The position numbers and the translations under genes were made by a program. Positions 8,396-15,989 of a stretch of DNA of 39,215 nt are shown here, piece by piece; within the stretch, counting starts at the first letter, position 1; every line of letters starts with the position of its first letter. Below the pieces are notes generated by a model. The model saw only the letters and a list, made by a program, of their open reading frames with translations, did not search any database and was not told the origin of the DNA. The DNA comes from an uncultured Nitrospirota bacterium (lineage in GTDB: Bacteria; Nitrospirota; Nitrospiria; SBBL01; CAZOFZ01). Location: NCBI GenBank assembly GCA_964592995.1, contig CAZQIT010000174.1, positions 1 through 39,215 on the forward strand, written 5' to 3'.

Positions 8396-8430
8396 GGAGG
8401 GGTGGCACGTGCTGCCCCTCCATATTTTGT
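8396..8430 (+). terminator. Probable intrinsic terminator after the PEP-CTERM gene
   Basis: GGAGGGG (8396-8402) pairs with CCCCTCC (8415-8421) and is followed by ATATTTTGT. A second short hairpin, CGCACGA-tct-TCGTGCG, lies at 8371-8387. Confidence 0.5.
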
Positions 8431-8563
8431 CGGCAATCCCTCTTGGCAATCTCGCCCTCCCCGTTCGCCAGCCCGCGTTCAGTCATCCTCTCCCTGTGTC
8501 GCACCCCCGATTCAATGTGCTATGCTCCGGCCCCTGTGATTCTCATCCTTCATTGCAATCGTC

Positions 8564-10450
8564 ATGACACATTGGGTTAGAAGAGGCGGTGCCCTCTGCC
8601 TCATGCTGTATATTCTGTGCGCGTCGGTGGCCGGTGCGGGCCATCCGGGAGAGGTTGGCGCATGGCAGGTTCAGCGGGGGGAGGTCAACGCCAATGGCTT
8701 GTGGGGCGTCCATTTTATTTCGGCCACGGTCGGCTGGGCGGTCGGCGGCGAGGGGGGCATCCTGCGCACGACCGATGGGGGGGCAACATGGCGGGCGCAA
8801 TATGTGGAACGGGGAGAGCGGTTTTTTTCCGTCCATTTCCCAGATGCGCTCCGGGGTTTTGCCGTCAGTTGGACGGGGAAAATCGTGGCCACCACGGACG
8901 GTGGTCAGCACTGGATCGAACAGGCCAGCCCCGTTCGCGCATGGCTTTGGGATGTCCATTTCGCCAACGCCCGACAAGGCTGGGCCGTGGGGGACAAGGG
9001 GACAATCCTCAATACGGAAGATGGGGGAGCGAACTGGCAGACTCAAGTTGGGGGCATTCTGAAGAGTGCGCTCATGGAAGTACAGTTTGTGGACGCCCGA
9101 TGGGGCTGGATTTCCGGATGGAATGGCGTGATTCTGCACACACAGGATGGCGGTGCCACCTGGATGCCCCAAAAGAGCGGGACAAGCGAAGCGCTGGAGA
9201 GCCTGGTCTTTCTCAACCGAATGGAAGGATGGGTCGTTGGACGGCGGGGTATCATTCTCCATACGATGGATGGTGGACAGCACTGGCGCCGCCAGATTAC
9301 CCCCACCGAGCACGGCCTCTTTGCGGTTCAGTTCGCCTCCTCAAAAGCGGGATGGGCTGCTGGTGGGGCAGGGACTTTCCTGAAAACGGAAGATGGAGGG
9401 GCAACGTGGCGCGCGCGGTCCCTGCCGCTGGAAAGTACGATTGAGGCCCTTTCCTTTTCGGATGCCCGAAACGGCTGGGGCGTCGGCTGGGGCGGAGTCG
9501 TGTTTCATACCCAGGATGGCGGAGACACCTGGAGCACACAGCTTTCCGGCTTCACCGACCGCCTTTTTCGTATTCATTTTGCCGATGCGCAGCGGGCCTG
9601 GATCGTGGGTGAAACCGGAACGATTCTGCATAGCTCGGATGGGGGGGCGCACTGGACGTCCCAGGAGAGCGGCGCTTCGGAATCAATGACTTCCGTCTAT
9701 TTCGTCTCTTCCCGTGAGGGATGGATCGTGGGGGAGAATGGTCTGATCCTCCACACCAACGATGCTGGCGCTCACTGGAAGCGCAAGCCGCAATTCATCG
9801 AAAGTACCCTGGAGGGGATTTATTTTACCAGTCCCCGCATCGGCTGGATCGTGGGGGACAAGGGAGTGATCTTTCAGACCACGAACGGCGGCGCGACATG
9901 GCGCTTTCAACTCAGTGGAACGATTGCGCCGCTAACCGATGTTCTCTTCCTGAACGAAAAAGAAGGGTGGATTGTGGGCGGAGCGGGCACGGTTCTGCAC
10001 ACGACCACCGGTGGGGCCGAGTGGGCGCCCGTTTCCATGCCGCCCAAAACTTCCGACATCACGCTGTCCCGCATTCTGTTCAGAAAATCTCAAGGCCAGG
10101 GCAAAGGACAAGGATGGATCATCGGCGGAGCAGGAACCTTGTTGGCAACAGAAGATGGGGGCACGCATTGGACGCGCCAACAGAGCGGCACAACTGCCGC
10201 ACTCTGGGACATGGCCATGACAGGGAATGAGGGTTGGATCGTCGGGGATCTGGGCACCATCTTGCATACGACGGACGGCGCAAGACATTGGGCCGCTTCC
10301 GACAGCGGCGTCACCCAGCGTCTTAACGGCGTCTTCCTGGCCTCGCGTCAAACGGGATGGGCCGTGGGGAAGGGGGGGCTGATCCTGAAGTATCATCGCC
10401 GCCAGACACCGACCCTTCCACATTCTGCGGGAACGCAACTCGCCAGGTAA
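8564..10450 (+). CDS. Secreted BNR/Ycf48-like repeat protein, about 13 blades (probable tandem beta-propellers), 628 aa
   Basis: Signal peptide followed by 13 repeats of about 43 aa. Each repeat ends in a T-x-DGG-x-x-W motif (TTDGGATW, TTDGGQHW, TEDGGANW and others). Confidence 0.8.
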   Translation: MTHWVRRGGALCLMLYILCASVAGAGHPGEVGAWQVQRGEVNANGLWGVHFISATVGWAVGGEGGILRTTDGGATWRAQYVERGERFFSVHFPDALRGFAVSWTGKIVATTDGGQHWIEQASPVRAWLWDVHFANARQGWAVGDKGTILNTEDGGANWQTQVGGILKSALMEVQFVDARWGWISGWNGVILHTQDGGATWMPQKSGTSEALESLVFLNRMEGWVVGRRGIILHTMDGGQHWRRQITPTEHGLFAVQFASSKAGWAAGGAGTFLKTEDGGATWRARSLPLESTIEALSFSDARNGWGVGWGGVVFHTQDGGDTWSTQLSGFTDRLFRIHFADAQRAWIVGETGTILHSSDGGAHWTSQESGASESMTSVYFVSSREGWIVGENGLILHTNDAGAHWKRKPQFIESTLEGIYFTSPRIGWIVGDKGVIFQTTNGGATWRFQLSGTIAPLTDVLFLNEKEGWIVGGAGTVLHTTTGGAEWAPVSMPPKTSDITLSRILFRKSQGQGKGQGWIIGGAGTLLATEDGGTHWTRQQSGTTAALWDMAMTGNEGWIVGDLGTILHTTDGARHWAASDSGVTQRLNGVFLASRQTGWAVGKGGLILKYHRRQTPTLPHSAGTQLAR

Positions 10451-10502
10451 GGGCTCATCCATAGAACGATCCCTAAGCGCCACAGGCTCAAGAGAGAGTC
10501 GC

Positions 10503-11084
10503 ATGACGGAGCAGGAGAAGCGGTTCACCACACGCAAGCGCCATCTTATGCGTCACATCACCCAATTGATGGAATCGCTTCGGTTGGACCTTGTTGTGGC
10601 ATCGGAAAAGGATGAAGCGGCCACCACAGACGCCTTCTTTCACCTAGAGGAGGGGTTTCTGAAAATGGATGGACTTTTCCTGAATATCGAACGGCAGATT
10701 CAGGATGCGACCGGTTTGTCGGAACTTGCACAATCGGCACAGCGGCTGGATTTTGTTGAAGATCGCATGGATGAGCTGGAAGCGCAGCTTTACAACCGTC
10801 CCCGTAGAAGGAGGCGTCGGTTCAGCTTCTTCTCATTTTTTAAGACGTCACAAAACGGCGCGCCCTCCGCGCCCTCCGGCGAGATCACTTCTCCCGCCGA
10901 CGCCTATCGCACCCTCGGCCTGGAAGAAGGCGCAGGAATGGCGAAAGTCACGGCGGCGTTCCGCAGCCTTGTCAAGGCGTGTCATCCGGATGTGCGAGGC
11001 GGGGATCGCAGCGCGGAGGCGCAACTGCGAAAGATCATCGAGTCCTACCAAATGCTGAAGCAGCACCTGGACGGGCGTCGGTAG
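10503..11084 (+). CDS. J-domain (DnaJ-like) protein with an N-terminal coiled-coil region, 193 aa
   Basis: C-terminal J domain with an HPD motif (DAYRTLGLEEGAGMAKVTAAFRSLVKACHPDV...IIESYQML). No Zn-finger or Gly/Phe region is present. Confidence 0.8.
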   Translation: MTEQEKRFTTRKRHLMRHITQLMESLRLDLVVASEKDEAATTDAFFHLEEGFLKMDGLFLNIERQIQDATGLSELAQSAQRLDFVEDRMDELEAQLYNRPRRRRRRFSFFSFFKTSQNGAPSAPSGEITSPADAYRTLGLEEGAGMAKVTAAFRSLVKACHPDVRGGDRSAEAQLRKIIESYQMLKQHLDGRR

Positions 11085-11112
11085 GGACGGAGTTCAACCT
11101 CGCCCTTACATT

Positions 11113-11149
11113 CCGCATCGGTTGCACCGGCCGCATCGGTTGCCACCGG
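11113..11149. repeat. Tandem 18/19-bp direct repeat (CCGCATCGGTTGC(C)ACCGG x2) in a convergent intergenic gap
   Basis: Read directly from the sequence, between the J-domain gene and the pseudopilin gene. Confidence 0.7.
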
Positions 11150-11162
11150 TGCCTTACCGGTC

Positions 11163-11738
11163 TTACCACCCTGCGTAGGGGGTCTGATTCAGTGCGGTTT
11201 CCGGGCTGGTGGTGTGGATATCATAAACATCCTTGCCACACCATGCGGTCGAATCCGGGGCGTCTTCGTAGCAGCGCAAGCCCCAACTTTCGCTGCGGGT
11301 GATCGGGTCGGTCGGGACACGCCGCAGGTACCTGCGGCTTTCGTCTTTGAGCGTTCCGTCTGTGTTCTTGCCGAACAATTCAACTTTCAGCAGGGTTTCC
11401 AGCGTTTTGGGATACCCACTCTCACCGCTGATTTCCAGACATCGCGCCGCATAACGCTTACAGTAAGGCCCAATCCGCGTCTGCTCCTCACGCTCCCAGT
11501 CTTCGCGAAAAAGGTCAATGGCCTCGCGCATGACTTGAAGTTCATGCTGAAGCCCCCGCTCTTTTTCGCGCCGAACGGCATTTTTAAAGAGGGGCTGGGC
11601 CAGGGCGGAGAGGGTCGAAATCAGGAACAGAACCAGAATCAGCTCGAACAGGGAGAGACCCGTTCGGCCAAAAAAACGGAACGGCACTCCCCCTGTTCGA
11701 TCGCGAAACGGGCGAAATGGAAGAAGCGGACGGAACAT
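11163..11738 (-). CDS. Type II secretion/type IV pilin-like pseudopilin (GspG-like) with an unusually long leader
   Basis: Prepilin motif G|LSLFELILVLFLISTL with Glu at +5. The C-terminal region (YLRRVPTDP...DVYDI...) resembles GspG. The leader is about 27 aa if the ATG at 11738 is used. Confidence 0.75.
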   Translation of the reverse strand: MFRPLLPFRPFRDRTGGVPFRFFGRTGLSLFELILVLFLISTLSALAQPLFKNAVRREKERGLQHELQVMREAIDLFREDWEREEQTRIGPYCKRYAARCLEISGESGYPKTLETLLKVELFGKNTDGTLKDESRRYLRRVPTDPITRSESWGLRCYEDAPDSTAWCGKDVYDIHTTSPETALNQTPYAGW

Positions 11739-11741
11739 CTG

Positions 11742-12119
11742 TCAGTGCAGGGTCAGAGAGCCCCGAACACCGCTCCAGACTTTGGCTGCGTCAATCTCTT
11801 TATCCGGATTGAGGGTGCGTGCCTTGTCAAGCAAGACATCGACCGCTTCCGGATAGGTGGGATCGGAAACACAACAGTCCGAGACGGGACAAACTGCAGC
11901 GCACTGGGGTTCATCAAAATGGCCGACACACTCGGTGCATCGCTCATAGGTGATGACATAGATCGTGTCTTCCGGTGCATGGGTCAGTTGTCCACCCTCT
12001 CCGGTCAACTTATATCCTTTTGACTCGCAGTCGCTGCGGGTTTCAAAGATCGCCTCGTTGGGGCACTCGGGCAGACAAGCTGCGCACGCGATACATTCAT
12101 TGGTAATCAAAAGCGCCAT
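11742..12119 (-). CDS. 2x[4Fe-4S] ferredoxin of the Alvin/YfhL type with insert and C-terminal extension, 125 aa
   Basis: CIACAACLPECP plus CTECVGHFDEPQCAAVCP (a Cx2Cx8Cx3CP second cluster motif). Its stop lies 3 nt before the pseudopilin ATG. Confidence 0.85.
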   Translation of the reverse strand: MALLITNECIACAACLPECPNEAIFETRSDCESKGYKLTGEGGQLTHAPEDTIYVITYERCTECVGHFDEPQCAAVCPVSDCCVSDPTYPEAVDVLLDKARTLNPDKEIDAAKVWSGVRGSLTLH

Positions 12120-12411
12120 TCCACATCTCCATCATCAACAGGGTAGGGTTAAAAAGGAGCATGCACACTTTATCACGCCCTTTCAGGCGTCGTCAATTTG
12201 GTCACGTCCAGCACACGGGGCGTTGGCCCTTCGTGTCATATGTTGGACAAGTCTCCCGATTTCTGCCCTTAAATCCCGTTGTGTGATATTTGACGAAATC
12301 GGGATGGGGGTGATAATCTGATTTGGGTTCATGGTCAGGTGTCACGGTCGTATCCGACACGGGTGTTCATTCTATCGTGCAGCGCCATTTCGCATAGGGA
12401 TTCTTGTCATC

Positions 12412-13146
12412 ATGGAAACCGCTCCACTTTCCTTACTTATTGCTTTTTCCGCAGGCTTTCTCTCTTTCGTCTCTCCGTGTGTTCTGCCCCTGATTCCCTC
12501 CTACCTCTCCTACGTTACGGGGCTTTCGTTTGATGAGATGGTGGCCTCCGAAGGAAAAACGCAAGAAGTCATGATCCGGAACGCCCTGGCCTTTATTGCA
12601 GGTTTCTCGGTCGTCTTTATCTCCTTCGGCATATCGGCCACATTTATCGGTCAGTTCCTCCTTGTACACCAGGCTCGGATTCGCCAATGGGGCGCCCTCT
12701 TAATCATTCTTTTTGGCCTTTATATCATGGGCGTTATTAAACCGACCCTTTTTTCGCGTGACGCCCGATTTCGGTTTCAAAACAAACCTGCCGGACTCAT
12801 CGGTTCTTTTCTGGTTGGTATCGCTTTCGGCGCCGGATGGACGCCCTGTATCGGTCCCATCTTGGGGTCCATCCTCCTTTATGCGAGCACTACCGGATCG
12901 GCCTGGATTGGCGCAAAACTCCTCCTCGCTTATTCTTTCGGATTGGGGATCCCCTTCTTTCTCGCCTCGCTGGGCCTTCAATCTTTCTTTGCCCATTCAA
13001 AAAAGGCGGCCCGTCACATGCAAACGGTCTCTACCGTCAGCGGTTTCTTCCTGGTGGTGGTCGGACTCCTCCTCATGACCAACTCACTCACCCGTCTAAC
13101 GAGCCTCTTTTCGGAAATCGGGATCGGCTGGGCGGTAGGCCAGTAG
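12412..13146 (+). CDS. ccdA: Cytochrome c biogenesis / thiol-disulfide transporter CcdA (DsbD family TM domain)
   Basis: Polytopic membrane protein carrying FVSPCVLPLIPSYL and a second conserved Cys (GWTPCIGPILG). The ATG at 12412 is preferred over 12331 because homologues start near the first TM helix. Confidence 0.85.
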   Translation: METAPLSLLIAFSAGFLSFVSPCVLPLIPSYLSYVTGLSFDEMVASEGKTQEVMIRNALAFIAGFSVVFISFGISATFIGQFLLVHQARIRQWGALLIILFGLYIMGVIKPTLFSRDARFRFQNKPAGLIGSFLVGIAFGAGWTPCIGPILGSILLYASTTGSAWIGAKLLLAYSFGLGIPFFLASLGLQSFFAHSKKAARHMQTVSTVSGFFLVVVGLLLMTNSLTRLTSLFSEIGIGWAVGQ

Positions 13147-13177
13147 TGTTTAGTTGCAAAAGGTTGCGATACTTTCT

Positions 13178-13245
13178 ACCCCTCCTCACCTCCCCTTGCA
13201 AAGGGGAGGAATCCCCTCCTTTACAAGGAGGGGCAAGGGGAGGTA
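13178..13245. repeat. REP-like cluster of GC-rich hairpins between the convergent ccdA and apt genes
   Basis: Two perfect hairpins: CCTCCCCTT-gca-AAGGGGAGG (13189-13209) and CCCCTCCTT-tac-AAGGAGGGG (13213-13233). Partial copies flank them. No U-tract is present. Confidence 0.75.
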
Positions 13246-13265
13246 TATGCAATTAAACAGTAGGG

Positions 13266-13787
13266 TCAATCGTAAGCCAGCAATGCGTGGATTGGGATAT
13301 TGTTGAGAAGGTCTCGGCCTTTCAAACTGGCCAGTTCTATCAGGAGGGCAATGCCCAAGATGTCGCCGCCCAGGCGCCGTACCAGATTCACCGTCGCCAG
13401 GAGCGTTCCGCCGGTCGCAATCAGGTCATCCACAATCAGGATGCGCTCCCCGGGCGAGATGGCGTCCTGGTGCAGGAACAGCGTCCCCGTGCCATACTCC
13501 AAGCTGTAGTGCTCTTCGATCGACGCGGCGGGCAGTTTTCCGGGTTTGCGGACGGGAATGAACCCGGCGTGAAGCTGCTCGGCGACACAAGCGCCGAAGA
13601 TGAATCCACGGGATTCGACCGCCACGACTTTTTGCACTTGTTGATGACGAAACGGGGAGGCCATCTGCTGAATCGTTTCCCGAAAAGCGGCTGGGTCTAA
13701 CAGGAGGGTTGTCATATCGTAAAAAAGAATGCCCGGCTTTGGAAAGTCGGGCACTGTGCGGATTCTTGATTTTAAGTCTAAGTCCAT
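13266..13787 (-). CDS. apt: Adenine phosphoribosyltransferase
   Basis: 173 aa with FPKPGILFYD and the PRPP-binding loop ILIVDDLIATGGT. Confidence 0.93.
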   Translation of the reverse strand: MDLDLKSRIRTVPDFPKPGILFYDMTTLLLDPAAFRETIQQMASPFRHQQVQKVVAVESRGFIFGACVAEQLHAGFIPVRKPGKLPAASIEEHYSLEYGTGTLFLHQDAISPGERILIVDDLIATGGTLLATVNLVRRLGGDILGIALLIELASLKGRDLLNNIPIHALLAYD

Positions 13788-14729
13788 TTACAACATCTCC
13801 CCCGGGGCAATCTCTTTTGCCTCGAAGATCGTGCGCAACTTGCGCAACGCAACCGCCTCGACCTGCCGCACCCGCTCACGGGTCAACCCGAAAGACTTGC
13901 CGATCTCTTCCAGCGTTTGCGGTTCATCTCCATCCAGTCCAAACCGCAAATTGATAATTTTTTGCTCGTTTTCCTTGAGCGAGCCTACCCATTGGAGGAG
14001 CTCTTCCCGACGCCAGCCGACGTGGAACTGTACGGCCTGCGACACCTGTTGCTTATCCTCAATCACATCGGCCAGCGAGATGTCATTGCCCTCCGAGATG
14101 GGACTATCTAGGGAACAGGTCTTCCGAAGCAACTGCTGTATTTCAAAAATCTCTTCTTCAGACGTAGACGTCTGCCTTGCAATCTCGGCAGGCTCCGGTT
14201 CCCGGCCCAACTCCTGCACCAGATCGTCCATACTGGAGAAGTATTTTTTCATCCGATCGACCACATGGATCGGAAGACGGATCAGCTTCCCATGGTTGAT
14301 AATCGCACGGGTGATGGCCTGCTGAATCCACCAGGAAGCGTAGGTCGAAAAGCGAAATCCCTTTTCCGGGTCATATTTCTCAACGGCCTTCAGCAGCCCC
14401 AGATTGCCTTCTTCGATAACGTCCTGTAGTGGAAGCCCGCGGTGTTGGTAACGCTTCCCAATGCTGACCACCAGTCTCAGATTCGATTCAATCATCCGCT
14501 GCCGGGCATCCGGATCGCCGCAGGCGATTTTCCGGGCCAGGGCGACCTCTTCCTCAAAAGAAAGCAGCGGCAGGTGACGGATGTTCTTCAGGTACAAACT
14601 GATGGAGTCCAGAGGAACATCATCCTCTGTGTCCTCCGCCTCGTACTCCGCTGAGGGAGTCTCTTCGTCCCCCTGCCCTTCTGTTTCGGATTCGGATTCC
14701 GACCCGTCGTCTCGCATCTTACGAACCAT
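13788..14729 (-). CDS. Sigma-70 family sigma factor, group 2 (RpoS/RpoD-like), 313 aa with an acidic N-terminus
   Basis: Region 2 (FSTYASWWIQQAITRAI) and region 4 (TLEEIGKSFGLTRERVRQVEAVALRKLR) are present. GAGGGTGA RBS. The stop abuts the apt ATG (TAAATG). Confidence 0.85.
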   Translation of the reverse strand: MVRKMRDDGSESESETEGQGDEETPSAEYEAEDTEDDVPLDSISLYLKNIRHLPLLSFEEEVALARKIACGDPDARQRMIESNLRLVVSIGKRYQHRGLPLQDVIEEGNLGLLKAVEKYDPEKGFRFSTYASWWIQQAITRAIINHGKLIRLPIHVVDRMKKYFSSMDDLVQELGREPEPAEIARQTSTSEEEIFEIQQLLRKTCSLDSPISEGNDISLADVIEDKQQVSQAVQFHVGWRREELLQWVGSLKENEQKIINLRFGLDGDEPQTLEEIGKSFGLTRERVRQVEAVALRKLRTIFEAKEIAPGEML

Positions 14730-14770
14730 TCACCCTCTGACGCCGCGATTCAACATGCCAGAGGGTCTGC

Positions 14771-14847
14771 TGGTCGGGGCGAGAGGATTTGAACCTCCGG
14801 CCCCCTGGTCCCGAACCAGGTGCGCTACCATGCTGCGCTACGCCCCG
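14771..14847 (-). tRNA. tRNA-Pro (anticodon CGG), 77 nt with encoded CCA
   Basis: Manual cloverleaf: acceptor CGGGGCG/CGCCCCG, D stem GCGC/GCGC, anticodon stem CCTGG/CCAGG with loop TTCGGGA, T arm GGAGG-TTCAAAT-CCTCT, then discriminator A and CCA. Confidence 0.92.
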
Positions 14848-14894
14848 AGACACGCATTTTCAGGCCCGTTTTACCTCATGCCGAACCGGGCCGC

Positions 14895-14923
14895 ACCCTA
14901 ACAGTTCCCAACAACGAAGTCAA
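14895..14923 (-). promoter_or_regulatory. Candidate promoter for tRNA-Pro
   Basis: On the minus strand: TTGACT (14923-14918), a 17-nt spacer, then TAGGGT (14900-14895), about 45 nt upstream of the tRNA 5' end. Confidence 0.3.
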
Positions 14924-15259
14924 CGCAACCCCCCATTTGTTCATCATTCGATGATCACGTCCCCGCACAACCCTGTTCGGATGGCTCTATTGGGTCTGGA
15001 GAGGACGAAAAGACCATATATTGTATCTTTAAGGCACAATTTATCAACATGGGGCACTATAAACGACCCTCATCCTGTTTTCTGAAATTCCATGAAGTTT
15101 TAATAATCAATGTGTTATATAACTCACTCATTTTAAATAACTTTATATCTGCCTTCTGAATATGCAAACCGCTTCGATTGCCTTGAAAACGGGGCGAATC
15201 ATGCGATAGAAGCGTTATTCCCAACAGGTTATCCACAGTTTTTGTGGAAAAGGGGAAAA

Positions 15260-15934
15260 TCAGGGCGAAAGGATGGGGAGAACAGGGCCTCGCGCCAACG
15301 CCTGGAACAGTTCCCGACAGCGCTTTTGGACATCCGGTGCGGATGCCACCTCCGAGATCAGGGCCACGCCATGGGCTCCGGCAGCCATCACTTCGCTGAC
15401 GCGCGTCTTGCAGACCCCCCCGACGGCAAAGAGGGGGATTCGCGTTGCGCGCCGGATAGATTGGAATCGATCAACGCCCAGTGGCGGCCCGAAAGATCGC
15501 TTGGAAGGGGTATCGTAAACCGGACCCAGGAGCGCAAAATCGGCCCCCTCCGCCTCCGCCTGACGCACTTCGTCTAACGTATGACAAGAGACCCCAATCC
15601 ATTTACGCTCTCCCAGAAGGTTCCGGGCCACAGAGACCGGCAACCCCGACGCCGGAAGATGCACTCCCGCTGCGTCAATCGCCATACAAATATCCACCCG
15701 ATCGTTGACGAATAATTTCATGCCATACCGTTTTGTGATCCGCTGGACGGCCCGGGCCAGATCAAGCTGCTGCGAAAGGGGGAGGTCTTTTTCCCGGAAC
15801 TGTACGGCCGACACCCCGCCCCGCGCCGCTTCCTCAATGAAATCGGGGAGGGGCTTCGGAGCAATCTGTTTTCGGTTACACACCAGATAGAGGTTGAAGT
15901 CGATGGGACGCACGGAACGCATCAATTCTGTCAT
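15260..15934 (-). CDS. thiE: Thiamine-phosphate synthase
   Basis: 224-aa TIM-barrel pattern typical of ThiE: LYLVCNRK..., GVSAVQFREKD, GADFALLGPVYDTPSK, PLFAVGGV. Confidence 0.9.
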   Translation of the reverse strand: MTELMRSVRPIDFNLYLVCNRKQIAPKPLPDFIEEAARGGVSAVQFREKDLPLSQQLDLARAVQRITKRYGMKLFVNDRVDICMAIDAAGVHLPASGLPVSVARNLLGERKWIGVSCHTLDEVRQAEAEGADFALLGPVYDTPSKRSFGPPLGVDRFQSIRRATRIPLFAVGGVCKTRVSEVMAAGAHGVALISEVASAPDVQKRCRELFQALARGPVLPILSP

Positions 15935-15989
15935 ACGCCGGTCATATCATTGTTTGCTTCACACTTTTGGATTTTGTTAAAATCGGCGC

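Noticed and set aside
11085-11162. The tandem 18/19-bp repeat between convergent genes as a possible regulatory RNA or terminator
   Set aside because: It has no stable stem followed by a U-tract and no conserved ncRNA features that I can recognise. It is recorded only as a repeat.
14789-15085. 98-aa plus-strand ORF in the tRNA/AT-rich region
   Set aside because: Its 5' part overlaps tRNA-Pro on the opposite strand. It has no RBS and a Pro/Ser/Arg-rich composition, so it is spurious.
15049-15159. 36-codon ORF (MGHYKRPSSCFLKFHEVLIINVLYNSLILNNFISAF) in the AT-rich island
   Set aside because: It has no Shine-Dalgarno sequence, its codon usage is unlike that of neighbouring genes, and I cannot assess its conservation. 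An ORF of this length is expected by chance in AT-rich DNA.
14730-15259. Possible genomic-island integration at tRNA-Pro
   Set aside because: No integrase, no direct repeat of the tRNA 3' end and no phage or transposon genes are present. The AT-rich segment lies on the 5' side of the tRNA, whereas integration normally targets the 3' end.
15935-15989. A TPP riboswitch was expected upstream of thiE
   Set aside because: Only 55 bp separate thiE from the divergent uvrC start. That is too short for a THI-box aptamer of about 100 nt, and no THI-box core (CUGAGA...ACCUGA) is visible.
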